A DNA stretch of 64,000 bases from Harriotta raleighana (lineage: Eukaryota): the NCBI GenBank assembly GCA_050575255.1, contig JBNZDD010013732.1:21090244-21154243 (forward strand). Direction: 5' to 3'. Below are positions 1 through 14,349 of this stretch, piece by piece. The notes under the pieces are model-generated. The model was not told where the DNA came from. It saw nothing but the letters and a program-made list of their open reading frames with translations, and searched no databases. A program made the translations under genes and the position numbers. Every line of letters starts with the position of its first letter. The first letter of the stretch is position 1.

Positions 1-659
1 ACTATAAGTGAATGGACTGTATATTTTGAGGGTGAATTGTGCACAGCAGTGTCCCACAAACAGTCGTGGATTGAAACAACCAATTTTTTTGAGGGATTAT
101 TATCAGGTATATTACAGGGCTTGATAAGGCATCTGAACACATCAAAACATCTCAAAGCACTTCACAGCAATTACAGTTTAGCGCAATGACTGATTTGTAG
201 GTGAACACAGCAGGCACTTTGCTTGCAACACACAGTTAAACAGTGCTAATTTAACTGGAGGCTTGTTGGGTAGGACATTGGGTAAAACAGCCTTCTATCA
301 AATTGCATCATGGGTTCTTTAATATCCACCCGAACAGGCATAGAGAATTTTGGTTGAATGCCTCGCCTAAAGAGTGACACCTCTGACTAAACAGGAACAC
401 TGCACATGAATGCCATTGTAGATTATGTGCACAATCTTCAGGATTCATTTTATGGAGAATTAGGTGACCTGGCAGGATCCTTTGGGTTTTAAAAGCAAAA
501 AAGTGACAAAAGGAATACTTTCCAGAGATCACATGCCCTGGAAATTAGCAAAAACTTGATTTGTCTATACAGTGCATAATACCAAGTAGCAGTCAAGCAT
601 TCTCCAATATAAACTGATCTAAAAACTAATCATAGGAGCTTGGTGTTGTCCTGTACTAT

Positions 660-1015
660 TCCTCGGTAGGGAGGGAAAACGGAGATTAGTAGTTGCTGAT
701 GGGACCATCAAAGTGGAGAGTTTGAGGCAGTTATTGAAGGAGGCCAGAAAGGGGGTGAGGCGGAGGGACTGCGGGATGGCTAATGGCTCACCCACCAATG
801 GTGGGATGGATGGGTCGGGAACGTGTAAACCAGAGGCTGCTGAGCGGAGAGGGCGGACAGGTTGATAAGGGGTTAGAAGGTCACTTGGATGTAGAGTGGG
901 GCGAGGTTGTGGAGGGCTTTGAATTGGATCCTCTAGGTGATGGGGAGCCAATGGAGTCGGGCTAGGATGGGGGAGATGGGGTCACAGAGTTTGGAGGAGA
1001 GGACATGGGCCGCAG
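660..1015 (-). mobile_element. L2-clade LINE 3' fragment
   Basis: Similar to the 14350-14898 copy (ggtgatggggagccaatggag, the reverse of the LHWLP region); boundaries approximate. Confidence 0.7.
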
Positions 1016-2799
1016 AGTCAACTGTAGAAAGTTAGCTCTCATCCAGAATGATGCAGTAGAAAATCTATCTCTGTGTTTCAATGTTGTCATTTGAAGGACA
1101 TGGGCCTAAAATCTGCTCTCAGAATGTGGTGTGATTTGCCCTTGTACACAACCTTCTTAAAATTCTCCACAAAACCCTAGCTGGAGTATTATTGTACAGG
1201 TTTGTGACTTCTGAGATGTTTAGGCCTATCCAGGTTTTGGAATTAGTGGCAGGTAGATTACTTTGAAAGCCTGTCATTGTTTGAGTGGATTTTATAAATG
1301 TCCTCACAGAGCTTCTGGTGTGGTACAACATATTCTTTCATATCCTTCAACAGAACGATAACCAGTAAAATAATTCTGTTTTGAAATCCCTACACCGTAA
1401 TCTTCTTTAGCAGAGAGATTTAAAAGGGCTGTGATTGACTGAAATGAATGATTCTGAGAGGAGCAACGCCATATCGCTGAAGCTTTATGAATACAAGATA
1501 CAGTAAACTTGCTGTGTGCAGTACAGTAGAAAAATGCTAGCTATAAATACTGGAGGTAGGTCAAGTTTCCTTCTTTTTATAACAATTTGTTTTATTGAAA
1601 AATCCAAACGTTTGTGTATCTGGGAGGTACAGATTGGTGAGTCCAGTCATTTCCTTTCAAACTCTAATCATTATTTTAAGGTATTGATCAACATTCTGAG
1701 ATATATAAAGGGAATATAAGTGTCTCTAGGTGCCTTTAATTTTCTGAACTAAAATAGCTTGGACACGGATGACGCACACTGGCTACATCTCTTCAAAGTC
1801 ATAGGAGATAATAAAATGAACTACTCTGGCACTTTATGTAATTTTGTGATTTCCTGCCTCTGTAGGTCAGTGCCAGCTTGATTTAAACTCGTTATGAAGC
1901 TGGTCCTGTACCAAAAGTGGGGAGTCAGAAGTTAACTGTTTTGGTGTTCCTGACAAGTTGTACACCCCAGCAGTAAAGAGTAGTTGTAATGAATGCCACT
2001 TTCTGAGGCAGTGATTATCTTAAAAACGATTGAAAGTTTCAGTTTAAAAATATAATGTAATTCCCTCAATAGCCTGCTAGACATCATTTGTTTCAAGCCA
2101 AAACTGTTATTCAGAGAGAAGGGATGCTTGAAAGTCATACAGTGAATATGAGTGACAGTGAGTGTAAAGTTCCAGACTAACCACGGATGGCTTCATCCCA
2201 CATGCCAAGACAATTTTGCCCTCCATCTTCTTTAGGGTCATTGCTGATGCAGTTTAAGAAAACCTCTGGTTGTTTTACCCCGTTCAAGAATGACAAGTAT
2301 TTGATGCTCTGTTAATGGAATGATAACTGCTGTGCTATTTCAGAAATGTCTCCAGAAAGTGCCAGGAGAATAATTACGTCCCATCCCATTTAAGAAGAAA
2401 GGTGCTCAAAATATTTTATATTCTTGCAGTAGTGTTTACAACAAAGGGATGTTCTTTGATTACATTAAATTAATAATAATAATCCTTGCATTTGATATAT
2501 TGCCTTATCATGGTTTCAAAGTGCTTCAAAGAATATATTGTAAAGTGAATTGACTGTATATTTTGGGCTTTGGAATAATATTGTAAACTTACATTTTAGA
2601 TTGGTTTTATTTCTGCATCCATCACCATGGAGGCTGGTGAGCCACAGGTGTGCACCTGTAAATCACCAGAGTTTGAGACGCTAAGTTTAGCTACACCATT
2701 CAACAAATAGAGATCATATTTGTTGCCCTAACATATGTCCCATTATTTCAAGATGGTTTTGAGATTAATACTGCCATTAACTTTGCAAAATTTTTTTTT

Positions 2800-3188
2800 T
2801 AAATCACAGAATATTGTATAGCTACTTTATTGTAAATGTTGAACACTATTATATAATAATAGACTAAATACACTAATAACAGATACTATAATAACAGAAT
2901 ATTGTATTAGTACTTTATTATTTACACTTAAGTTCTGCAATGGCCACCACGGAAGGAAAACAAAACGGCAGCGTGACTTTTTAACAAAACGACAGTAGCG
3001 TGACTTTAGGCTCAGCTAGCGGCCAGCTGATATACCTGCACAGTACTTGTGTGCACAAATCGATTCATTAAATGCATCATCGCTATTCTGCTGGATAATT
3101 TCTGGTTTATCGAATCAGGACTTTTTTTGAGGTGCCGGTTCAACAGGTTTTCCGGTTCATTGAATCATGGATAAACGGGCTTTTACTG
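2800..3188. mobile_element. Partial pogo/Tigger-like MITE (right TIR only)
   Basis: Ends GGATAAACGGGCTTTTACTG|TA; 3060-3188 is a diverged reverse complement of 43857-43980. Left boundary approximate. Confidence 0.7.
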
Positions 3189-3964
3189 TATTATTAACAG
3201 ATTAACTACTAAGATGCTGACTATGGGTCAACGAGTTTGATCTTGCTCACAAGAAAAACAACCCCCAAATTCTTTGCATAATTACTGATCCCCTGAAGGC
3301 TATTGTTGAATTTGTATCATAAAAAGGTTTTTTTTCCTTTGTAGATTGCTTACTGTAGATTGCATTCTTTACTTGTTCTGTGATATTTAATGACTCAGGA
3401 TTTGGTAGGAGCTTGATGGGCAGCAGACTTTTATCTTACCAAAGGTGATGGCTCTACTGTATTTAACCTTTTCTGCAGAGGTGACATCCATCTCTGTATG
3501 TTCCGCCCACAAATATACAGTCAATTCACTTTACAGTATATTCTGTGACGTGCTTTGGGACATCGTAAAAAGTGCTATGTCAAATGCAAGGAGTATTATT
3601 TATTATGTTTTTAGCTGAAGCATTAACCTACATGTTTAAGGAAACATCAATATTTGCAATATAATACAATTAAAATACAATTTATATAGAGTATTTTATG
3701 TCAAGAGCACTTCTCAAAGTACTTGAGAAAGTATAATTCATCGGGATAGCTTCTGTTGCTAGTTAATCAAATATACATGACACAATTAAAAATAAAAATC
3801 ATTATTAATTGTCACTTTCACCTTGTATGCCTCCTTTCTCATCTTCCTGCTCTATCAGTTGCGTGATTGTCTTTCTTTCATTTATTTTGCCACTCCCTCC
3901 CTCCATTTCTTTCATTACTTTTGTTCGTTCGTACATTTGTTCTCTTCTAATCATGTTTATATGC

Positions 3965-4622
3965 TCCCGCTTGGTGACATTAATCCACAGATATGGGGTC
4001 AACTTTCATATGTTTGCAGATGACACCCAACTCTTATCTTTCTGCCTCTACCTCATTTCCAGGACGATTGCTGTCCTGACAGACTGCCTAACAAGTCCTG
4101 GATGAGATTTAACTTTCTAAGGTTGAGTGTCAACAAGACCGAGGGACTCCTGATTGGTTCACGCTTGTGCCTCTGCATCTCAGGCACTGGCAGCATCAAC
4201 CTCCATGGATGCACACCCCATTTCACCAAGTCAGTCAGGAACCTAGGTATCTTGTTTAATCCTCAACTGTTTTTTCTCCCCCACATCCATGCCATGGTTC
4301 TCTCTGCCTTCCTTCACCTCTGCAACATTGCCTGACATCAGGTCCAGGCGCGACTATGCCAACACCCTTCAGCCACTCTGCCCCCATACTTTTGAATTCC
4401 ATCCCACAATATCTCCGCCTCATCCCCTATCTCGCCTCCTTCAAGTCCCGCCTCAAGACCCTCCTCCTTGACCATGCCATCGGTCATCCCCTTTCCCCTC
4501 TTTTCCCTTCATCCATCCCGATCCTGACCCCAGCTTGGACCTGAAACAATGACTATCCAGCGCCTTGGGGCATCCTCCTGATGTGAAAAGCGCTATACAA
4601 GGGTAATTTTTTTTTTGTTGTT
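3965..4622 (+). mobile_element. Degenerate L2/CR1-type LINE, RT C-terminal region plus 3' tail
   Basis: Frameshifted peptides FHMFADDTQL (YADD motif), NFLRLSVNKTEGLLIG, VRNLGILF; L2 tail gtgaaaagcgctataca...ttgttg. Confidence 0.85.
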
Positions 4623-5209
4623 TTCTGAATCTATTTTCAGCATTTTCTTTCTTAGATCACACTGGTCCCCCTTTGAAAGATAGCACCTATTTTATCTAAG
4701 ATGGGCAAATTTAGCCTTCAGCAAAAAGGCTGGTTGTCATGTTACTGGTGAGAACAGATCAATCATAGAAATAATTTTTCATGTCAAGAATGGAAAGTGT
4801 GAGCTCCAATACAATATGTATTTATGTAGGGCATTCCATGTCAGGGGGATGTTTCGAAGCAGCAGTTACAGAGTTTGCTAGGCATCTGAACCATGGGCAT
4901 GTGGAAATATTTTGGACGGCTCGAAGAGTTAATAATCTTGCATGCGTCAGCAATTCAGCATAGCAGGTTTGCAAGACATTTAATTTAGATCATAATGCAA
5001 TAACCTCCCAAAATCTATTTCCTGGTTTAAAGGGGACACATTGTGTTATTATAGAGGATCACAGAAGACAAAATGTTCTGCATTAACTTTAATGGCTCTC
5101 AATTTTAATCATGTTGGCTGGCACAAAATGCATTTTAGTTTGGCACAGGTACATGAGATTTGCACCAGTTACAATGAACAAAGTAATGTCCTTGTAATTT
5201 TCGACTAAT

Positions 5210-5637
5210 ACCATTGGGTCTTTAATTTCTACCTGTACAGTACAGGCATGCAGGGTCTCGATTTAATGTTGTATCCGAAGGTTGTACCCACAGCCTTTTG
5301 TCTCAGAGATGGGAATTCTATCAGCTGAGTTTGGGATACACCTATTACAGTACCCTTGCAATGGGGGAGGGCTTTAAAGATGCAATACAGTTTATATTTT
5401 TTTGATCCCATGATGTTATTAAAAAAGAGGGAGTTACTCCTGCCATCTAACCAACAAACCAGGATTTGGAGCGGGGGAAGCCGTCCTTCAGATGAGACAT
5501 TAAACTGAGTTCCCAAATTCAGCTGGTAGAATTCCCATCTCTGAGACAGAAGGCTTTGGGTACAACCTTCGGATACAACATTAAATGCTAGGTTTGCATG
5601 CCTGTACCATACAGGTAGAAATTAAAAACCCAATGGT
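5210..5637. repeat. Inverted repeat, about 127-bp arms (5210-5336, 5511-5637), 174-bp spacer
   Basis: Arms are reverse complements at roughly 90% identity by manual alignment. Confidence 0.95.
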
Positions 5638-8600
5638 CTGTTCAGGTGGATGTTAAAGATTCCACAGTTCAATTTGAAAAAAGAAGGCAGTTTCTCTCAG
5701 TGTCTAGGCTAACAATCTCCCAATTTTTTTTAAAAATGGTCATTCAGATCATGACTATTTGTGGGTCTTGATGGCTCCAATTAGCTGCTGTGATCATCCC
5801 CATAATATGCTGTTACTTCACTTCACAACATGTTCCATGAAGTGCTTTGAGGGGTCCTCCTACAACTTGTTATATCAAATGCAAAGATCATTTATTTTAC
5901 ATGATTATTTCAAAGCACTGCCTGGGGGATTCATGGTAATTGATTCCCAAGGATATCCTGTGCAAAGACCAGAGGCAATTACAGCTGGAATATCAGGGGA
6001 CTCGCTTTTGGAATGTTGCAATTCATAAGAGATAAGAGGCATGAATTAGAAATAAGAAGCAGCAACAAATGTTACAGACAGATGCCTGTGGAAGAAATAT
6101 ATTTGATTTTTTTTGAAGAGTGAGAATACCTTGCTGTATTTTATTCTGTGGTATACAGTACTCCATCCAGGGTTTATACATTTGTTGGTTTCCATTTTGA
6201 CTACCAGTAATATTTGTTTTTGAAATGATTTTTGTCAAAGAAGGATCAACATAATGGAATTGTATTAACCTAGCAGTAATTCCAAGAAGTGTCAAAATAT
6301 TTAACTTACTTTGAGGTTTTTTTCTACTACTTTGTTAAATTTGGACCTCGGCTTGATTTTAGTGAACAACTCAATTCAATTTGATGTGACACAAAGACTT
6401 GAAAGAAAAGGCACTTGGGCCAGCCTGCGGACATGATTTATGATGCACTTTCAATCGCAGAGGCACCAAGCAGGAAGTGAGAAGAGGGCATCTGTCTGTC
6501 ACAGACTTATTCTCCCAAAAAAATTTTTAGGTTGTGATGGTGTTTCAGAGCTTGGCTCAGAAAGTAAAGGCAAAAAGAGGGAATTCACTTTTTAAAAAAA
6601 AAATCCTTTCCTCCATGTGGATGTACTGCATATGTTCAGCGTATATTTCTAATGGCAAAGCATAAATCAGAAGCTGATTGGAAGGAGGGGTGGCAAGAAG
6701 AAAAGCAATCTTATGGTACAATGTCCAAGTCGCTTTATGATCCATGCCCTGCTTTATGCTGACATTAGAATCATTTATTTTGTAAACACAGAATTGATAT
6801 TTTCAAATCCTATGCAGAAGGAAAGGAATTTGAATGATTATTCACAAGTCGAACAAAATCACTGAATGCTTCAATTAAATTGCAAAATGTGACATTACAA
6901 CCAGGGCTCTGAGATACTGTTGGAATTCACTGTGTACGATGTTAACAGTGATAGATGACAGTGGCTGTTGTGCAACCGTCCTCAAATTAGATGTTTCATC
7001 GAATAGGAAGGATTATCAGCACCACCTGGACTGCTGAATGCCACCTTCTGACCTTGCAAACGATTGACCGTGAACATTTTTGGTTTGATTGTAACATTTT
7101 TTACTAAAAGAACTGCTGCAGATTGATTCTTTAATATTGACCCTGGAACTTCTGTTCTAGTTCAAGGAAAGTCACTTTGCAGTAGGTACAGTGGCTGACA
7201 TCAATCCTAATTAGCCCTAGTTACAAGGATTTCATTCCCTCACCAACTGACACTCTAAAAATCTCCAGAACTATAATCCATCAAGGGGTTTGAAGAGTGC
7301 TTCACATCTTTCCTGCACTTGATCAAGTTAAAGCAAACCACCCATAAGGAAATACCAAGTAGCTAGTTATGCTAGAAATATTAAATGGCAATTAAATATC
7401 ACAAAGTTACCTTCCATGCTACAATTGGAGAACTAAAGGCAATGTTTTTTGCTTGCAAAAAAGTTATCCAATCACTATTCAGTTGTTGTTTCAATGATGA
7501 GTCTCACATTCCTACATTGTGTTAGTAGTTTCTTGCTGGTATACTCTTCTCCCTAGTTCTCCTTAGAGTATTTGACTTCTGCTGGGCATTGTTCTGTGAG
7601 CATCGGTCACTTCTGGTACTTGCCCATGTGGCAGTTATTGATATGTAAGACTTGACAGCTTGTGTCAGCAGGCCATTATAAAAATAAAAATTATAAAAAT
7701 TATATTGAATAATAAAAATTGGTCATTTCAATTCACGACTGTTTGTGGAACAGTGCTGTGCGCAATTGGCTGCTGCATTCTGCCCACAAATATACAGTCA
7801 ATTCACTTTACAGTATATACTGTGAAGCGCTTTGAGACTTTGATAAGATGTGAAAAGCACTATATCAAATGCAAGGATTATTATCATTATTATTACATTA
7901 TTAGACCATTGCAGCTAAGACTGATCTTGATAACACTTTGAAATCCACGTACATTCATTTTCAAAAGGAGCGGAAACACAAGTTGATTTTGGAGAGAAAT
8001 GTGCAAAGCAGTATTAATGCAGCAGGGTTTCCTTAGTTATTGATCAGGGTTGTGCTCTATGTTGTAAAACGATGCCCAAAGTAGAAAGTTGTTCTGCTGC
8101 CAAGCAACCTAAAAAGATAAATCATAAAAAAAACTGAAAAGATTTGTAAGTATGAAACTAACAGAGCTGGAATGAGTCGAGTGTTCCTCCCAAGCTTCTC
8201 TTTGCTTCAAAATGTTTTACAGAATCAATTTGTGACTGTCCCAATATCCATACTCTTCTATGTTTGTGTGCACAGCTCCAAACGTTTGTGATAAGTTCTG
8301 TCTGTTATACCTCTGATAGATTCTTCAGAGCATCTGTCTGAACTACATAAAATGATTAAATTAAAGTAGTTTTGAAAATAAGACTGAATAGAGAAAACAG
8401 AATCTGAGAGAAAGAAACAAGGCAATAAAAAATAAGGTGAAAAGGCAAAATAAATGTTATCCATTGTAACATTTATCATTGCAGACAGGCTCACCAATAC
8501 AACGTTAAAATACTCTGAAAATGACCTAATATGAATATTCAAAATATAAATACAGTAAATTAATATACAATAATTTTGTCCTCCATGACATTTAATGGTA

Positions 8601-9533
8601 TGAAATATGAGTGGTTCTATTATTTATTGTGGAGGTAGTTAACATGCTTTATGGAATTAAACTGCAAAACATTGACCCTCATAATTATTTCTGGTAAACA
8701 ACTTAATTTGAGTACTTGCTAATGTCCGGAGCTTCCTTTGCATTCTTGCAATGAATGTAAGATGTATTTGACACCAACTTATGATTGGTTCTATTTTGCT
8801 GTGTCTATATTGCCAAAATTTGAACTGATCAGTACAGTTTTCTAACTTGGATGGCTCACATGTCGTCTTGACATGCGTAATTTTTTAAATGTTATGCAGG
8901 AGCTAATTAAATAAGGTTGATTGGTCTGCAGCTGTGGAACAGGAGTACACCTCATGAGGATAACCTGGGAAAGGCTGGAAGGTACTGCTTGACCTCCTCA
9001 GTTGATAGGGATATGCTGCATTAATTTTGTGTAAACAGGTATTGGCTTCAAGGGTTTGACATATGGGTTGCTGGCAGCATACAGTGTGTTTAATAAAGGA
9101 TGAAGTGAACTCCTCAAGGTTATGCAAGGAAAGCCTGACCAAGTTTATCGTTTGCTGTGTAATCAACATATCAGGAGGAAATGGGCAAATTTACATTTTG
9201 CTTTGCTCTCTTCTTGTCAAATTAATCTTGAAACAAAAATGCTAATGTGATCTGAAGAAGGTTTGATACCTCGTCCTTCCACACACATCCCTGCATAGAT
9301 TGCCATTCCCTATCTCACTCAAAGCCTCCAACTCAATTTACCCATTTGTTCTTTCCATTCAGCTAATGCCAGCCTATCATCCAATCAGTCCCACCCATCA
9401 CTGGGCAAGCTTTCAGACATCCTGCTTACTGGAACTCCAGACCCAGGTGTCCTCCACTAACTCTCACCCATCACATTTTTAATGCCCACCTTAAGACCTT
9501 TCTTTTCACCCTACCCCCATCCCATTATTGTTG

Positions 9534-10076
9534 AGTCCTGTAGCTCAGTGGTCAGAGCTAGTGAACTGGGTTCTATTTCTGACAATGTGAAATATTGGGC
9601 AAGATTCCTTACTCTACACAACAACAACAACTTTGATTTATATAGCCCCCCTCCTCGCCGGATGGCGTCTCAGAACACTTCACAATAGTGGATCCCGGGA
9701 CGAGCTAGGGGTAGGCGTAGAAAGGTGAACAAAGGCGGGGTCGAAGAGAAAGGTCTTCAGCTGGGACCTGAAACTGGAAAAAGAGGGGACGAGGCGTGAG
9801 TGAGTGAGGAAGGTAAACACACCTTGTTTACCTAGCAGTAAATAGGAACCCAGTTGCTAGAGTTATTAGTATATTCGTAGATCGCTTTTCCAGGGATGAG
9901 AATCCCTAATAAAAAAAGATTTGGTCATTCAATCCATGGCTGTTTGAGGGACACAATTGTCTGCCATGTTTCAACCACAATATACAGTCAATTCACTTTA
10001 CAGTATATTCTGTGAAGTGCTTTGAGACGTGTAGAAGATGTGAAATGTGCTACATCAAATGTAAGGATTATTATTA
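9534..10076 (+). mobile_element. tRNA-headed Deu-core SINE with a nested antisense L2-like 3' end (about 9618-9812)
   Basis: Head gagtcctgtagctcagtgg, core ttgtctgccatgttt, tail aaatgtaaggattatta; the insert begins with an (aac)n tail. Confidence 0.75.
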
Positions 10077-10086
10077 AACATCAGAA

Positions 10087-10490
10087 TACAACAACAACAA
10101 CAAAATTACATTTGTGTAGGGCATTTCATGTAGGGAGGACGTCCCAAAGCACTGGATAGACAATATTCCATACCTGAGCTGGGGGTAGGGATTAGGGAGA
10201 GTAGGGTGGAAGAAAGTTGAACCAAAGCACGGTCAAAGAAGAGGACCTTCAGATGGGTGAAGAGGAGGTACTGTGGGCTAGAATTCCAGAGAGATTGGGG
10301 GCAGAATAGCTGAACACCCGCCCACAATGGTGGGGTGTGCGAGGTGGCAGACGTGAAGCAGGCCAGAACCTGGGTATTAGGAAGTCGCAGAGGTAGGGGG
10401 CAGCAAGATATGGAAGACTTTGAAGGTAAGGACCAGGATATTGAACCGTACTCTGTGTGATAGGAAGCCAATGGAGTCAGGCGAAGGTAG
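10087..10490 (-). mobile_element. L2-clade LINE 3' end
   Basis: (aac)n aaaattacatttg...gggaggacgtcccaa tail shared with the other L2 copies. Confidence 0.75.
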
Positions 10491-11389
10491 GAGTGTGTAA
10501 AGCGCTTTGAGACATTCCTCCCCACATGAAAAATGCTATATAAATATAAATTGTGTTTTTTTATCAATGATAATGATAAAATCAGTAATAATCCTTGCAA
10601 TTGGTATAGCAAATTAATATCGGAAGGACATCACATAGCCCTTCACGGGATTTACTGGAAAATGTGCTTTTAGAAAGCAGAATATATGCATTTGGGTGCA
10701 ATGTGTTCTCCTGAAAATTCAACTTACCCTAAACTATTCAGTAATGTCATCATTGAATATCAAGTTTCAACCTTACTTTGGTCTTGTGTAGTACTGCCCT
10801 GCAATGTATCAGCTCCCTCTAGTGTTTGTTGGTGCAAACTGTTGAAGTTTCAAGTAAAAAATGTTTTTGCAGGATTTCCAGTAAAAGTAATTCTCATCAT
10901 TAAATTTTTTTTTAGACTTTATTTTTTCCCCTAGTTTGGACCACAAAAATGTTTTGGTTTGTAAGAATCTAGTGAATATCACTCCCTCCCCCCACCACCA
11001 CCCCAAACACGCTCAGGTCCAAATCCCTGACTGTCCAGCCCTGGAGACGTCCTCCCGATGTGAGAGGTGCTCTACAAATATAATATTCTATTGTACTGCA
11101 TTGCTTTGCAGGGGTGTTGGGTGGAAATCATTCTGAATTATATGCATCATTGTGGTTTAAGTATGATTAAGCATTTTGTAAATTATAATTAAGCTCTTTG
11201 CTGTAATATTCTATGAATCAACTTAAATGTGATACATTAAGGACTTAGAATGGGGAGGAAGGAGGCTCTTGAATTTTGGATATAAAACTTCCCCTTTTTA
11301 AACAAAATTGACACAGTTATGAGGCTGGGATTAAGGCCCACAATGGCAATCTACAAATGAAGGCAAGTTTTACTGGGATATGTTGCTAA

Positions 11390-11810
11390 ATCTGTTAAAT
11401 TCAGATCCCTAGAGTCACACTCAACCTGAATCGTTTAGACCACATCTCGAGTACTGCATACAGTTCTGCCCACTGTGACATGCTGATGAGAGCAGCAAGG
11501 AAGATCCCCAGTGGTAGAGGAATAAGATATGAGCAAAGATTAGACAAGTTAGGGCTCTTTAACCTTGAGAGAAGATGATTCAAAGGGGATTTCATATACA
11601 GTAGGTATAACCCAGTTCAATAGTTTCAGATACAGCAAAACAGTACAACAAGAAGGATGTTGGTTTAGAATTGTAAAAGGCAATTTCAGGACAACAATAA
11701 CTTTTTCTTGTTTTTCTTTAGAGGGTAATCAACAACTAGAAGAAGTTGTCCGGAATGGTTGTAGAGCCAGGACACTGAACTTATTTAAAAAGCAGCTTAA
11801 TGCAGAGGAG
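11390..11810 (+). mobile_element. Degenerate CR1-type LINE 3' ORF2 fragment
   Basis: agaccacatctcgagtactgcatacagttctg (RPHLEYCIQF-like) and gagaagatgattcaaaggggat (RRLRGD-like) remnants. Confidence 0.6.
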
Positions 11811-14349
11811 GTGGTGGGGGAAAGGGTGGGTGATGAGTGTTGTGATGAGACATTCTGAGATGCCGCCCGGCGTGGGGGGGCGCCATATAAATGCAAGTTA
11901 TTGTTGTGTTTGGATGAAATTGAATTGGCCAAAGAGCCGCTTTGTCCAAGGCAATATTGGGATCTTGTGACTCAAGAAGCACCTGACTTGATAGTTGACG
12001 AAAGTATCTCCTTCACCACCATTGACTTCTCTCACCTTCATCAGAGAAGTCACAGCAAAAGAAAAACAATCTGTTTGTAATTGTGAAGAGAAAATACAAT
12101 CCCTTTGGGGGAAGAGATTTCAAGATTCTGCTCCAGCTAATCACTCCTTATTCCCTTGTGCCATACTTGGATATTCCCTATCTGACAGAACGCTTTGTTG
12201 ATCACTCTATTAGCAGTCACCAGGAGATGTTCAAAGGTGGCCAAACGTGACTCTATCTGTCTTCTCACTCCATCATTGGAAGGAACAACATGGGTTGCTT
12301 TTAAACTGTATGTCCATTAGACTAATAAATGGCAATTAGAGCCTCTTAAACCTAAATGATTTAGTTTAATAATCACAAAAAACCACTAATGTCTATAGCT
12401 ATTGCTGCAACTCTGTGACAAAGTCATATTTAGGTAGGATTTTCAGCTCCAATGCAACACCTAGGCGGCACTGAATTGTTGGCGATGGTGTCCTTTGGAT
12501 GAAATATTTAAATTACGTCTCATCTGCCCATTCAAGTGAATGGTAATGGTTGTATTCAAAAAGAGATGAAAGATTCTTGAGCCACCAATCTCCCCAGATT
12601 AAAAAGATGTAATTCGCTTCAAGGCTGTTTGTGAGACATTTCTGTGCATAAATTGTCTGCTTCATTTACCTCTCAATAAACAGTCAATCATTGCACAATA
12701 CAGAAAACTCTGAGGTGCTTTGAAATGAGTCCCAATATCTTTTATATTTTATAACCATCGATGATATTGCTCAATTTTACAGAGCAGAACTAAAAATGTC
12801 AGTAAGAGCATTTTTCTACGGTTTGACCTTGATTGATACGCCAGAAGGAAAGAAAGGTTTTTATAAAACCAGCTTTACTAAGAATAAACCAAATTAATTT
12901 GAGGTGATTATTAAACTGGCAGCTAAGTACAATTTTAAATCCCCTGTGCCGTTTCTATTTCATATGAGCTTGAAGTTGCTTCTCAGAATTCAACAGAGGG
13001 GGCAAAAGGGCTTTTCAGTGCCCTAGATAGAAAGTTCATTATCAGTTTAAAATAGCATAACTGCATACATTTAAGACTCTTATTCGAAACCACTGCATTG
13101 TTCTTTCTTAATGTATATAAACATAGATCATAATCTATGCTTGAGAGATGATGATAGAATCTTAATTTCCACAGTCCAGTTATGAGGCTGCCAAGAATCC
13201 TCACAAAAGTATGTTAAACATTAAATTTAGATAAGGATAACGCAGAATACTACTTCAGATCATCTCAAAGTAGGACAAGGAGACTTCAATTTTAAATAGC
13301 GCAGAATAATTTTAAAATTGATATTATAAAGAGCCTTTTCATTCGAAGACCCCCGCCATCCAGCTTCCCCTAACCCTGCCCACAGCTCAGGTCTGAAATA
13401 TTTTCTGTCCAGCACCTTAGGACAGCCTCCCAACGTGAAAGGTGCTATACAAATGTAAATTTGTTGTTGTTAAGTGTTTGGATCAAATTTTCTTGTAGGG
13501 TGATAGAGGCAAAAATAACAAGAGAAATGATGTTCCCAGTGACCCTGACCAAAACTCCCCGAAATGAAATTTGGCATCCACTCCATGGATGCTTTGGGGA
13601 CATTGCTATGCAAATTGGCTGCCGCGTTCATCTAACAAATGCACAGACATGACCCGATTGGAAAACTTTGCTTTGAGACTTTTCAACGTAATAGACGCTA
13701 TATCATGTGCAAGGATTATTATTTCTATTAACCACAGATTCGGCATTTCAAAGCTGTTGATGTTTCCCCATTTTGGTCAAGCAGAAATTTTATTTTGACC
13801 CTCAGTCCATCGAGTGTGCAGAGAAATACATAGATTGTATTGTACAGAGCAAGGAATAAGGTTTGTAGCATTCCATTGAAGAGAATATACTGCAAATTCA
13901 AAACAAATTAAATTAGCACACAATCATATTTATTGACCAAAGTCCCTGAGGATTTGAAACTCTCCACCCTGGTTTCAGCATATGAAAGCCCAGCTGTCAT
14001 GCAGCGTGTCCGTGCCCTTTAATACTGTGTGGGCAGGACAGTAGAATCATCTTTATCCGCAACAAGATTATCCCCATTCCAATTACTTCTCATAATTGGG
14101 AAGGCAAATAATCTGCTCAAATCCTGCATCTGTGACTTGCTTCATACCACCCTAACCTATCTGAAATGTACAACCAACTGCTTTCAACAGGCATTAAGAG
14201 ATAGCTCTAATTGAGACTTGTTGATTTGTTTTCCTCCACACCTTTCAAAGCAGTACTGCCGCAGTAACTCTGATACCAATTCCAATGGGCCTTTCTCACA
14301 AATTGTTTATTTAAGGTTAAAACTAAACTCAATCATGTCCCCACCTGAT

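Noticed and set aside
3809-4544. ORFs with reverse-transcriptase motifs
   Set aside because: Frameshifted, internally deleted LINE relic rather than a gene.
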